From the NCBI GenBank assembly GCA_035556695.1, contig DATMFR010000060.1, positions 84 to 64,083 of the forward strand: a DNA stretch of 64,000 bases. Direction: 5' to 3'. Both the position numbers and the translations under genes were made by a program. Under the pieces are notes generated by a model, which made no database searches, was not told the DNA's origin, and was given only the letters and a program-made list of their open reading frames with translations. This DNA comes from Roseomonas sp. Its GTDB lineage: Bacteria > Pseudomonadota > Alphaproteobacteria > Acetobacterales > Acetobacteraceae. Positions 54,371 to 62,519 of this stretch are shown here, piece by piece; position 1 is the stretch's first letter, and every line of letters starts with the position of its first letter.

Positions 54371-55723
54371 TCAGCCCTCCTGCAGGATCTGCTGAAGCCG
54401 GGCGAAGGAGTCCTGCGCCGCGCTGCGCTCATCCAGCCCCTGGTTCAGGAAGGCCTCCAGCGCCGGCTGCAGCCGGATCGCCGTGTCCACCTGCGGGTCG
54501 CTGCCGCTGCGATAGGCCCCAAGCCGGATCATTTCCGCCATGTCGGCATAGCTGGCGAGGTGCCGCCGCGCCCCGGCGAGCAAGGCATTCTGCCCGGCAT
54601 CATGGCAGCGCGGCAGGGCGCGGCTGACCGAGCGCAGGATGTCGATCGCCGGCCAGCGGCCGCGCTCGCCGATGCGCCGGTCGAGCACGATATGGCCGTC
54701 CAGGATGCCGCGCACCGCGTCGGCGATCGGCTCGTCATGATCGTCGCCATCGACCAGCACGGTGAAGATGGCGGTGATGTCGCCCTCCCCCTCCGGCCCG
54801 GGCCCGGCGCGCTCCAGCAGCGCCGGCAGCTCGGTGAAGACGGAAGGGGTGTAGGAGCGAGCGGTGGCCGGCTCGCCGGCGGCCAGGCCGACCTCGCGCT
54901 GCGCATGCGCCAGGCGGGTGACGGAATCCAGCAGCAGGAAGACCTGCTTGCCCTCGGCGCGGAAATGCTCGGCGACGGCGAGCGTCGCCTGCGCCGCGCG
55001 GCGGCGGGCCAGGGCCGGCTGGTCGGAGGTGGAGACCACCACCACGGTGCGGCGCCGCCCTTCCTCGCCAAGCGTGTGGTCGAGGAACTCGCGCACCTCG
55101 CGCCCGCGCTCGCCGATCAGCCCGACGACGATGACGTCGGCCTCCACGCCGCGCGCCAGCATGCCCATCAGCGTGGACTTGCCGACGCCGGAGGCGGCGA
55201 AGATGCCCAGGCGTTGGCCGCGGCAGATCGGGGTGAAGACGTCGAGCGCGCGCAGGCCGGTTTCCAGCTTGGCGCCGACCAGGCGGCGGCGCATCGCGTC
55301 CGGCGCCGGCTGGCGCAGCGGCACGCCGCGCTGCCCCTGCGGCAGCGGTCCCCGGTCGTCGAGCGGCTGGCCCGTGCTGTCGATCACCCGCCCCATCCAG
55401 GCCTCGCTCGGGTAGAGCATCAGCGGCGGCTCCAGCCAGACCCGGCTGCCGGGACTCAGCCCCTCGATGCCGCCTTCCGGCATGCCCAGCGCGGCCTCCG
55501 CGGTGAAGGCGACGAACTCGCCGAGAACCGGCCGGGCCAGGTCCTGCCGCTGCACCCGCATACGGTCGCCGATCGAGACGCCCTCGCCCAGCCCGGTGAC
55601 CGAGAGCGCCGCGCCACGCACGCTGGCCAGAGTGCCGAAGCGTTGCCAGCGCGGCAGACGGCCGAGTTGCGCGGCCAGGTCGCTGGGCGGCGCGGCAATG
55701 GAAGAGGGGTGGGGAACAGTCAT
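54371..55723 (-). CDS. fliI: flagellar export ATPase FliI
   Basis: GQRLGIFAASGVGKS, LIGERGREV, LLDSVTR.A.AQRE.GLA.GEP, LLERAG, ILDGHIVL, PAIDIL.SVSR. Confidence 0.96.
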   Translation of the reverse strand: MTVPHPSSIAAPPSDLAAQLGRLPRWQRFGTLASVRGAALSVTGLGEGVSIGDRMRVQRQDLARPVLGEFVAFTAEAALGMPEGGIEGLSPGSRVWLEPPLMLYPSEAWMGRVIDSTGQPLDDRGPLPQGQRGVPLRQPAPDAMRRRLVGAKLETGLRALDVFTPICRGQRLGIFAASGVGKSTLMGMLARGVEADVIVVGLIGERGREVREFLDHTLGEEGRRRTVVVVSTSDQPALARRRAAQATLAVAEHFRAEGKQVFLLLDSVTRLAHAQREVGLAAGEPATARSYTPSVFTELPALLERAGPGPEGEGDITAIFTVLVDGDDHDEPIADAVRGILDGHIVLDRRIGERGRWPAIDILRSVSRALPRCHDAGQNALLAGARRHLASYADMAEMIRLGAYRSGSDPQVDTAIRLQPALEAFLNQGLDERSAAQDSFARLQQILQEG

Positions 55724-55830
55724 GCGAAAAATTTGCCTTGTGACGGCAGAACGGCGTTCCGTCCCGGCTTTCAGGGCTGCACGGTGCGGGCATTCTCCGC
55801 CAGGGCATTGGAAAATGCTATGCGAAAAAT
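55723..55830 (+). promoter_or_regulatory. two TGCGAAAAAT motifs in the fliI/flgB divergent region
   Basis: exact copies at 55723 (overlapping the fliI start codon) and 55821, both oriented toward flgB. Confidence 0.55.
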
Positions 55831-55894
55831 ATCGACATGCGGCGCGGGCGCGGCTATTGCTGCGGGAGCACCGCCAGAGGGGCCCCGAAATCCC

Positions 55895-56299
55895 ATGCTC
55901 GACGGCATCGACGTCTTCCGCATCACCGGCGCGCGCATGCACCAGCTGGCGGAGCGGCAGAATGTGCTCTCGCAGAACATCGCCAATGCGGACACGCCGC
56001 ATTACCGCGCGCGCGACGTGAAGCCGTTCAGCTTCGACAGCACCCTGCTGCGTCAGCAGGCCGGCCTGCCGCCGCTGCGCCTCGCCGCGACCCGTCCGGG
56101 CCATCTCGGCCTTGCCTCCGGCGGCGCGGATGTCACGGCCGACCGCGCCCGCTCCTACAGCGAGGACCCGGACGGCAACACCGTCAATCTGGAGGAGCAG
56201 ATGGTGAAGCAGGCGGATGTGGCGAAGGCCTATGACCTCGCCACGCTGGTCTACAAGCGCAGCACGGCGCTGCTGCGCACGGCTGCGGGGGGCCGCTGA
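55895..56299 (+). CDS. flgB: rod protein FlgB
   Basis: RQNVLSQNIANADTP.YRARD, DGNTVNLEEQM. Confidence 0.93.
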   Translation: MLDGIDVFRITGARMHQLAERQNVLSQNIANADTPHYRARDVKPFSFDSTLLRQQAGLPPLRLAATRPGHLGLASGGADVTADRARSYSEDPDGNTVNLEEQMVKQADVAKAYDLATLVYKRSTALLRTAAGGR

Positions 56300-56739
56300 T
56301 GCTGCGTATCGCCCCCGTCACGGGCTCGGGGCCGCTGGTCCAGGCCATGGCCACCGCCGCCTCCGGCATGAGCACGCAGGCAACGCGCATGCGCGTGGCG
56401 GCGGAGAACATCGCCAACGCGCAGTCCACCGCCGCCGTCCCGGGCGGCGATCCCTATCGCCGCAAGCTCGTCACCTTCGGCCAGATGGTCGATCGCGGCA
56501 CCGGCGCCGAGCTGGTCCGGCTCGACAATGTCCGCAGCGACCCGCGCGGCTTCCGCACGGTCTTCGACCCCGCCCACCCGGCGGCGGACGAGCGCGGCTA
56601 CGTCAAGCTGCCGAATGTCGATCCGCTGATCGAGCAGGCCGACATGCGCACCGCCGCGCGCAGCTACGAGGCCTCCATCTCGGTGATGCAGCAGGCCCGC
56701 ACGCTCTACAGCAAGACACTCGACATCCTGAGGTCCTGA
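56299..56739 (+). CDS. flgC: rod protein FlgC
   Basis: ASGM..Q..RM...AENIANA, PYRRK, FDPAHPAADE.GYVKLPNV, ARSYEA. Confidence 0.95.
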   Translation: MLRIAPVTGSGPLVQAMATAASGMSTQATRMRVAAENIANAQSTAAVPGGDPYRRKLVTFGQMVDRGTGAELVRLDNVRSDPRGFRTVFDPAHPAADERGYVKLPNVDPLIEQADMRTAARSYEASISVMQQARTLYSKTLDILRS

Positions 56740-56743
56740 CCGC

Positions 56744-57037
56744 ATGTCCGAGCCCATCGCCGCCATCCCCCCGCTCTCCGCCGCGGTCCGCGCCTATGGC
56801 GCGAGCGGCGCATCCTCCGTCGGCGACTTCGGCACCATGGTGGGCGATGCCGCCCGCGCCTCGCTGGCCACGCTGCGCAACGCCGAGGTGACCGCCGCGC
56901 GCGGCGTCGCCGGCATGGCGGACGTGCAGGAGGTGGTGCAGGCCGCCGCCAATGCCGAGCTGACCGTGCAGACCATGACGCAGCTGCGCGACAAGGTCGT
57001 CGGCGCCTACATGGACGTGCTGCGCATGGCCGTCTGA
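56744..57037 (+). CDS. fliE: FliE
   Basis: F..MV, DVQEVV.A...AEL.VQT...LRDKVV.AY..VLRM.V. Confidence 0.92.
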   Translation: MSEPIAAIPPLSAAVRAYGASGASSVGDFGTMVGDAARASLATLRNAEVTAARGVAGMADVQEVVQAAANAELTVQTMTQLRDKVVGAYMDVLRMAV

Positions 57038-57064
57038 GCCGCCCAGCGCGCCGGAGAATCCGCG

Positions 57065-57328
57065 ATGAATGAAGGCGACGTGGTCGAGGTGCTGCGCGGC
57101 GGCTTCTACACCACCATGATGGTGGCCGGGCCACCGCTGCTGGCGGCGCTGCTGACCGGCGTCACGGTCTCGGTGCTGCAGACGCTGACGCAGATCCAGG
57201 AAATGACCCTGTCCTACGTGCCGAAGATCGTGGTGACGCTGGTCGTCACCATGCTCTCCCTGCCCTTCGGCTTTGCCGCGCTGCGCTCCTACATGGAGGA
57301 GATCGCGCAGTTGATCGTCGGGCTTTAG
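57065..57328 (+). CDS. fliQ: FliQ
   Basis: P.L.ALL.G..VS.LQ.LTQIQEMTLSYVPKI. Confidence 0.95.
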   Translation: MNEGDVVEVLRGGFYTTMMVAGPPLLAALLTGVTVSVLQTLTQIQEMTLSYVPKIVVTLVVTMLSLPFGFAALRSYMEEIAQLIVGL

Positions 57329-57331
57329 CCG

Positions 57332-59389
57332 ATGGAACTCCTCCGCAAGCTGCGCGCCGGCCTGGGCCACCAGGACCTGCTCTTCGCCGCCGCGATGGTG
57401 GTGCTGCTCTCCGTGCTGGTGCTGCCGATGCCGCGCTGGCTGGTCGATCTCGGCCTCTCCACCTCGATCACCCTCTCCGTGCTGATCCTGATGGTCGCCA
57501 TCTGGATCGAGCGGCCGCTCGACTTCTCCGCCTTCCCCACGGTGCTGCTGGTCGCCACCATGCTGCGCCTGGCGCTGAACCTCGCCACCACGCGGCTGAT
57601 CCTGGCCGACGGGCACCGCGGCCTCGACGCCGCAGGCAGCGTCATCCACGGCTTCGCCTCCTTCGTCGTGGGCGGCGACTTCGTCATCGGCGTGATCGTC
57701 TTCGCCATTCTGATCATCGTCAACTTCATCGTCGTCACCAAGGGCGCCGGGCGCATCGCCGAGGTCGCCGCGCGCTTCAGCCTGGACGCCATGCCGGGCA
57801 AGCAGATGGCGATCGACGCCGACCTCGCCGCCGGCTCGATCGACGATGCCGAGGCGAAGCGCCGCCGGCGCGAGCTGGAGGACGAGAACGGCTTCTTCGG
57901 CGCCATGGACGGCGCCTCGAAATTCGTCCGCGGCGATGCCGTCGCCGCCATCATCGTCACCATCGTCAACGTGCTCGGCGGCATCGTCGTCGGCACGCTG
58001 CGGCACGACATGGCGCTGGCCAATGCCGCCGCCACCTATGTCACCCTGGCCGTCGGCGACGGCATCGTCTCGCAGATCCCCGGGCTGATCGTCTCGATCG
58101 GCGCCGGCATGCTGGTCTCCAAGGGCAATGTGCGCGGCTCGACCGACAAGGCGCTGATCGGCCAGCTCGGCGCGCAGCCGAAGCCGCTCTATCTCGCCGC
58201 CGGCCTCGCCGGGCTCTTCGCCGTGCTGCCGGGCCTGCCCTTCCTGCCCTTCCTGGTGCTCGGCAGCATTGCCGCCGGCGGCGGCTGGCTGGCCAGCCGC
58301 AGCGCCAAGCGCGCCGCCACGGAGGCCGTTGCCGCGCCGGCCGATGCGGCGCCGCGCGAGGAGACCATGGCCGAGCTGATCCGGGTGGACGATGTCCGCC
58401 TGGAGCTCGGCATGGGGCTGGTCTCGCTCACCTCGGGGCGGCAGGGCGGCCTGTCTGAGAAGATCAAGAAGCTGCGCCGCGCCTTCGGGCTGGAGTTCGG
58501 CTTCGTGCTGCCGGCGGTGCGCATCAAGGACAACATGGATCTCGGCTCGGGCGAGTACTCGGTCCAGGTGCAGGGCGTGGAGGTGGCGCGCGAGACGCTG
58601 ATGCTCGGGCGCCTGCTGGCCTTCGCCCCCGGCGGGCAGGAGATCACCGTGCCCGGCATCGACACGCAGGAGCCTTCCTTCCACATCAAGGCGCGCTGGA
58701 TCGAGCCGGCGCTGCGCGAGATGGCGATGGCGCAGGGCCTGACGGTGGTGGACATCGAGACGGTGCTGACCACCCACCTCTCCGAGGTGCTGAAGGGCTA
58801 CATGGCCCAGTTGCAGACCTATGCGGCGACGCAGAAGCTGCTGGACGGGCTGGAGAAGGAGCATCAGCGCCTGATCGGCGACCTGATCCCTTCGGTGCTG
58901 CCGCTGGCGACGGTGCAGAAGGTGCTGGCGGCGCTGCTGGCCGAACGGATCTCGATCCGCAACCTGCCGCTGATCCTGGAGGCGCTGCACGAGGCGGCAG
59001 GCTTCACCCGCAACGTCTCGCTGCTGGCCGAGCATGTGCGCCAGCGGCTTTCGCTGCAGATCTGCCGCGGCCTGACGCAGGAGGACGGCTACATCACCGC
59101 CCTGCTGCTCTCGCCGGAATGGGAGCAGGAGGTGGGGGGCGCCATCGTCGAGGAGGGCGACCAGCGCTCCTTCGCCATGGCACCTTCCAAGGTGCAGGAG
59201 CTGGTCAGCGCGACCCGCGCGCGCATCGCCGAGGCCGCCGCCAGGGGCGACTGGCCGGCGGTGCTGACCTCGGCCGTGGCGCGCCCCTTCGTGCGCCACC
59301 TGGTGGAGCGCATCAACCCGACCATCGCGGTGATCAGCCACGCCGAGGTGCATCAGCGCGCCAAGCTGCGCACCGTCGGCCAGATCTGA
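57332..59389 (+). CDS. flhA: export apparatus protein FlhA
   Basis: FSAFPTVLL, LNLATTRLIL, TKGAGRIAEVAARFSLDAMPGKQMAID, FFGAMDGASKFVRGDA, GDGIVSQIP. Confidence 0.97.
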   Translation: MELLRKLRAGLGHQDLLFAAAMVVLLSVLVLPMPRWLVDLGLSTSITLSVLILMVAIWIERPLDFSAFPTVLLVATMLRLALNLATTRLILADGHRGLDAAGSVIHGFASFVVGGDFVIGVIVFAILIIVNFIVVTKGAGRIAEVAARFSLDAMPGKQMAIDADLAAGSIDDAEAKRRRRELEDENGFFGAMDGASKFVRGDAVAAIIVTIVNVLGGIVVGTLRHDMALANAAATYVTLAVGDGIVSQIPGLIVSIGAGMLVSKGNVRGSTDKALIGQLGAQPKPLYLAAGLAGLFAVLPGLPFLPFLVLGSIAAGGGWLASRSAKRAATEAVAAPADAAPREETMAELIRVDDVRLELGMGLVSLTSGRQGGLSEKIKKLRRAFGLEFGFVLPAVRIKDNMDLGSGEYSVQVQGVEVARETLMLGRLLAFAPGGQEITVPGIDTQEPSFHIKARWIEPALREMAMAQGLTVVDIETVLTTHLSEVLKGYMAQLQTYAATQKLLDGLEKEHQRLIGDLIPSVLPLATVQKVLAALLAERISIRNLPLILEALHEAAGFTRNVSLLAEHVRQRLSLQICRGLTQEDGYITALLLSPEWEQEVGGAIVEEGDQRSFAMAPSKVQELVSATRARIAEAAARGDWPAVLTSAVARPFVRHLVERINPTIAVISHAEVHQRAKLRTVGQI

Positions 59390-59399
59390 GCCGGCGGCG

Positions 59400-60161
59400 A
59401 TGCAGGCGGCGCTGAACCTCGACGGCTGGCTCTCGGCCGAGCTGTACCGGCTGTTCCTGGTGTTCTGCCGGGTTTCGGCGGCGCTGTTGCTGCTGCCGGG
59501 CGTGGGCGAGACGCAGGTGCCGGCGCGCATCCGCATCCTGGCCGGGCTGGTGGTGGCCTTCTGCATCGCCCCCCTGGCCGGCCCGGCGCTGCCCACGCCC
59601 CCGGTCTGGGTGGTGGCCGTCGCGGTTGGTACCGAGGTGGCCGCCGGGGCGCTGCTCGGCACCCTGGCGCGGCTGCTGCTCTCGGCGGTGCAGACGGCAG
59701 GCCAGTTGATCGGCCAGAGCATGGGCATCAGCAACGCCTTCATCTTCGGCATCGGCATGGACAATTCGGCGGTGATCGGCACCGCCATCTACGCCGCCTG
59801 CCTGGCCGCGCTGTTCGCCGTGGACGGCCACCATCCCGGCCTGCGCGCGCTGGTGGAGAGCTACACGCTGATCCCGCTCGGCGGCCCGCTGCCCACCGCC
59901 GCCGCGGCGCGCGTGACCACCGAGGGCCTGACCACCGCCTTCCGCCTGGCCATGCAACTCGCCATGCCCTTCCTGTTCCTGGCCATGCTGTTCAACGTGG
60001 TGCTGGCCGGGATCAACCGGGCCATGCCGGCCATGTCGGTCTTCATGATCGGTGCCCCCGCCTTGCTGATGGCCGGGCTTTCCCTGCTGGGCGTCACGGC
60101 GCCGGGCCTGGTGAGCGAAGTGCTGGGCGCCTATGGCGCCGTCTTCGTGCTGCCGCGCTGA
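59400..60161 (+). CDS. fliR: FliR
   Basis: LVFCRVSA...LPG.GE..VP.R.R, AG.LI..SMG, N...A.INR.MP. Confidence 0.92.
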   Translation: MQAALNLDGWLSAELYRLFLVFCRVSAALLLLPGVGETQVPARIRILAGLVVAFCIAPLAGPALPTPPVWVVAVAVGTEVAAGALLGTLARLLLSAVQTAGQLIGQSMGISNAFIFGIGMDNSAVIGTAIYAACLAALFAVDGHHPGLRALVESYTLIPLGGPLPTAAAARVTTEGLTTAFRLAMQLAMPFLFLAMLFNVVLAGINRAMPAMSVFMIGAPALLMAGLSLLGVTAPGLVSEVLGAYGAVFVLPR

Positions 60162-60170
60162 GGCCGCGCC

Positions 60171-61253
60171 ATGGCGGAGGAAAGCGGCCAGGAAAAAACC
60201 CTCGACGCCTCGCCGCGCAAGCTGCAGGAGGCGCGCGCGCGCGGCGACGTGCCGGTCTCGCGCGAGGGCTCCAGCTTCGGCGTCTATGCCGCGCTGCTGC
60301 TGGCGCTCGGCCTGGCCGGAGGGCTGGTCGCGCAGCGCTTTGCCGAGATCCTGCTGCCGCTGATCGAGCAGCCGGACGCCTTCCTGGAACTCACCGAGGA
60401 AGGCTACCGCCAGGCCGGCGCGGCCTTCCTCGGGGCGCTGGCGCTGGCGCTGCTGCCGGTCTTCGGGCTGCTGCTGGCCGGCAGTCTGCTGCCGCATCTG
60501 CTGCAGAACACCCTGGTGGTGGCGGGCGAGCGGCTGGAGCCGAAGCTCTCCCACCTCTCGCCGATGGCCGGCCTGAAGCGCGTCTTCGGCCTCAAGGCGC
60601 TGTTCGAGTTCGGCAAGGGCCTGCTGAAGGCGCTGGCCGTGGCCGGCGCCTGCTGGGTGGTGGGCAAGCCGCTCTATGACCGCAGTGGCCAGTTGGTGGG
60701 GCTGGACCCGGTGGTCTTCCCCGCCCTGGCGCATGAGCTGCTGATCAAGGTCCTCTTCGCCGTCACGCTGGTCGCGGCGGTGGTGGCGGTGATCGACATC
60801 AGCTTCCAGCGCTTCGAGTACAATCGCCGCCAGCGCATGACCCTGCAGGAGATGCGGGAGGAGATGCGCAGCACCGAGGGCGACCCGCATGTAAAGGCGG
60901 CGCTGCGCAAGAAGCGGCGGCAGATGTCGCAGCGGCGGATGATGGCCGAGGTGCCGAAGGCGACCGTGGTGATCACCAACCCCACCCATTTCGCCGTCGC
61001 CCTGCGCTACGAGCGTGGCCAGGACGAGGCGCCGGTCTGCGTCGCCAAGGGGGTGGACAAGATGGCGCTGCGGATCCGCGAAATTGCCCGGGAGGCCGGG
61101 GTGGCGGTCATGGAGGACCGCCCCCTTGCCCGCGCCCTGCACGCCTCGGTGGAGGTGGGGGAGGTCATCCCGCCGGCGCATTTCGAGGCGGTGGCCAAGA
61201 TCATCGGCATCGTCTGGGCGCAGAAGCGGCAGCGGGCGGGTGGCCGGACCTGA
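60171..61253 (+). CDS. flhB: FlhB
   Basis: EKT..ASPRKL..AR.RGDV, EMRSTEGDP.VK, VITNPTHFAVAL (autocleavage NPTH), AKG.D..A..IRE.A. Confidence 0.96.
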   Translation: MAEESGQEKTLDASPRKLQEARARGDVPVSREGSSFGVYAALLLALGLAGGLVAQRFAEILLPLIEQPDAFLELTEEGYRQAGAAFLGALALALLPVFGLLLAGSLLPHLLQNTLVVAGERLEPKLSHLSPMAGLKRVFGLKALFEFGKGLLKALAVAGACWVVGKPLYDRSGQLVGLDPVVFPALAHELLIKVLFAVTLVAAVVAVIDISFQRFEYNRRQRMTLQEMREEMRSTEGDPHVKAALRKKRRQMSQRRMMAEVPKATVVITNPTHFAVALRYERGQDEAPVCVAKGVDKMALRIREIAREAGVAVMEDRPLARALHASVEVGEVIPPAHFEAVAKIIGIVWAQKRQRAGGRT

Positions 61254-61346
61254 CGAGGGGTGCGTCGCAAAATTTGTACGATTTTCTTGACGCGTGACAT
61301 CGCGCTTGCGAAACAAGGCCCCTCCGGAACAGCGAGGCCCGCCCCC

Positions 61347-61766
61347 ATGATGTTTCCCCCCCTCCGACGCGCCCTGCTGACCGCCGCTGCCGCCGCGATG
61401 CTGCTGCCGGCGGTGCTGGGCTCCGCCCTGCCCGCCCATGCGGAGGAGGCGCCCAAGAAGGAATTCGAGTACGTCACGCTCGGCGATTTCACGGTCAACC
61501 TGCCGTCCGGCAGCCGCCGCATGTCCTATGTGGTGGTGTCGGTGACGCTGGAGACCAAGGCGGCGCAGACGCAGCAGTTCCGCGACCTCTCGCCGCGCCT
61601 GAAGCAGGCGGTGCTGCAGCGGCTGATGGCGATGTCGGTGCGGCAGGAGCTGCGCCCGGGCCGGACCGATCCGGGCGTGTTGCGCGACAACCTCTTCGAC
61701 AGCCTGGCCCAGCTGCAGGAGGAAGGCCTCAAGGACGTGGTCATCACCCGCCTGCTCTACAGCTGA
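61347..61766 (+). CDS. second FliL-like protein
   Basis: signal/TM then YVTLGDFTVNL, YVVVSVTLE, PRLKQAVL..L, DVVITRLL. Confidence 0.7.
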   Translation: MMFPPLRRALLTAAAAAMLLPAVLGSALPAHAEEAPKKEFEYVTLGDFTVNLPSGSRRMSYVVVSVTLETKAAQTQQFRDLSPRLKQAVLQRLMAMSVRQELRPGRTDPGVLRDNLFDSLAQLQEEGLKDVVITRLLYS

Positions 61767-61793
61767 GGCGAGGCGCGCCTCCCGCCGGCCGGG

Positions 61794-62492
61794 TCAGCCG
61801 GTGCCGAGGCGCGTGACGTCGCCCGCGCTCACCTGGGCACCGTTCTCCAGCACCAGCGAGACGCCGCCGTCGCTGCCGCGCCGCACCTCGGTGATCTTGC
61901 CGGAATTGCTGACCGTACCGGCGTTCTGCCGGGCGCCGCTGGCGTCGTCGCCGACCACCCGCACCTTGTAGGTGCCGGCCGCCAGCGCCATGCCGTTGCT
62001 GTCCTTGCCGTCGAAGGTCAGTTCGGTGGTGCCGGCCTTGAGGCTGAGCTTGCGCACCACGTTCCCCGAGCCGTCCAGCACCTCCAGCCGTGTGCCGGCC
62101 AGCGTGCCGGGATTCACCTGCGCGGTGAGCGGCACCGTCGCGCCGGCGCTGGAGAGGGTGATCTGCGAGAGCTGCGTCTGCACCGTGCGGCCGAGCAGCG
62201 CGGCATTCTCCGCCAGATTGGCGCTGCCGCTCACCGCGTCCAGGATCGACTTCAGGTAGGTGTTGCTCTTGGTCTGCTGCTCGACCTGGGAGAACTGCGC
62301 GAGCTGCGCCACGAACTGGGTGGGGTCCGTGGGCTGCATCGGGTCCTGGTACTTCATCTGCGCGGTCAGCAGCTTCAGGAAGCGGTCATAGTCCTGGCTG
62401 CTGTTGCCGGACAGCTGCGTCGTGGCGGTGCTGTTCGCGCCGGCCATCGCATTGGCCGTGCCGACGCCGCTGATGCTGGAAGTGGTGGCCAT
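61794..62492 (-). CDS. flgD: hook-capping protein FlgD
   Basis: DRFLKLLTAQMKYQDPMQP.D.TQFVAQLAQFSQVEQ, FDGKDSNG..L..G.YKV.V. Confidence 0.95.
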   Translation of the reverse strand: MATTSSISGVGTANAMAGANSTATTQLSGNSSQDYDRFLKLLTAQMKYQDPMQPTDPTQFVAQLAQFSQVEQQTKSNTYLKSILDAVSGSANLAENAALLGRTVQTQLSQITLSSAGATVPLTAQVNPGTLAGTRLEVLDGSGNVVRKLSLKAGTTELTFDGKDSNGMALAAGTYKVRVVGDDASGARQNAGTVSNSGKITEVRRGSDGGVSLVLENGAQVSAGDVTRLGTG

Positions 62493-62519
62493 CGGGATTC
62501 TCCGGTCGGGCGGGGGGTC

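Noticed and set aside
6727-55830. Explaining the whole TGCGAAAA motif as a sigma54 -12 box or a CtrA site
   Set aside because: Only a minority of copies have GG at N10 upstream, and no TTAA-N7-TTAA was seen; kept only as a minor separate finding
56603-59788. 1061-aa minus-strand ORF
   Set aside because: Antisense shadow of fliE-fliQ-flhA-fliR
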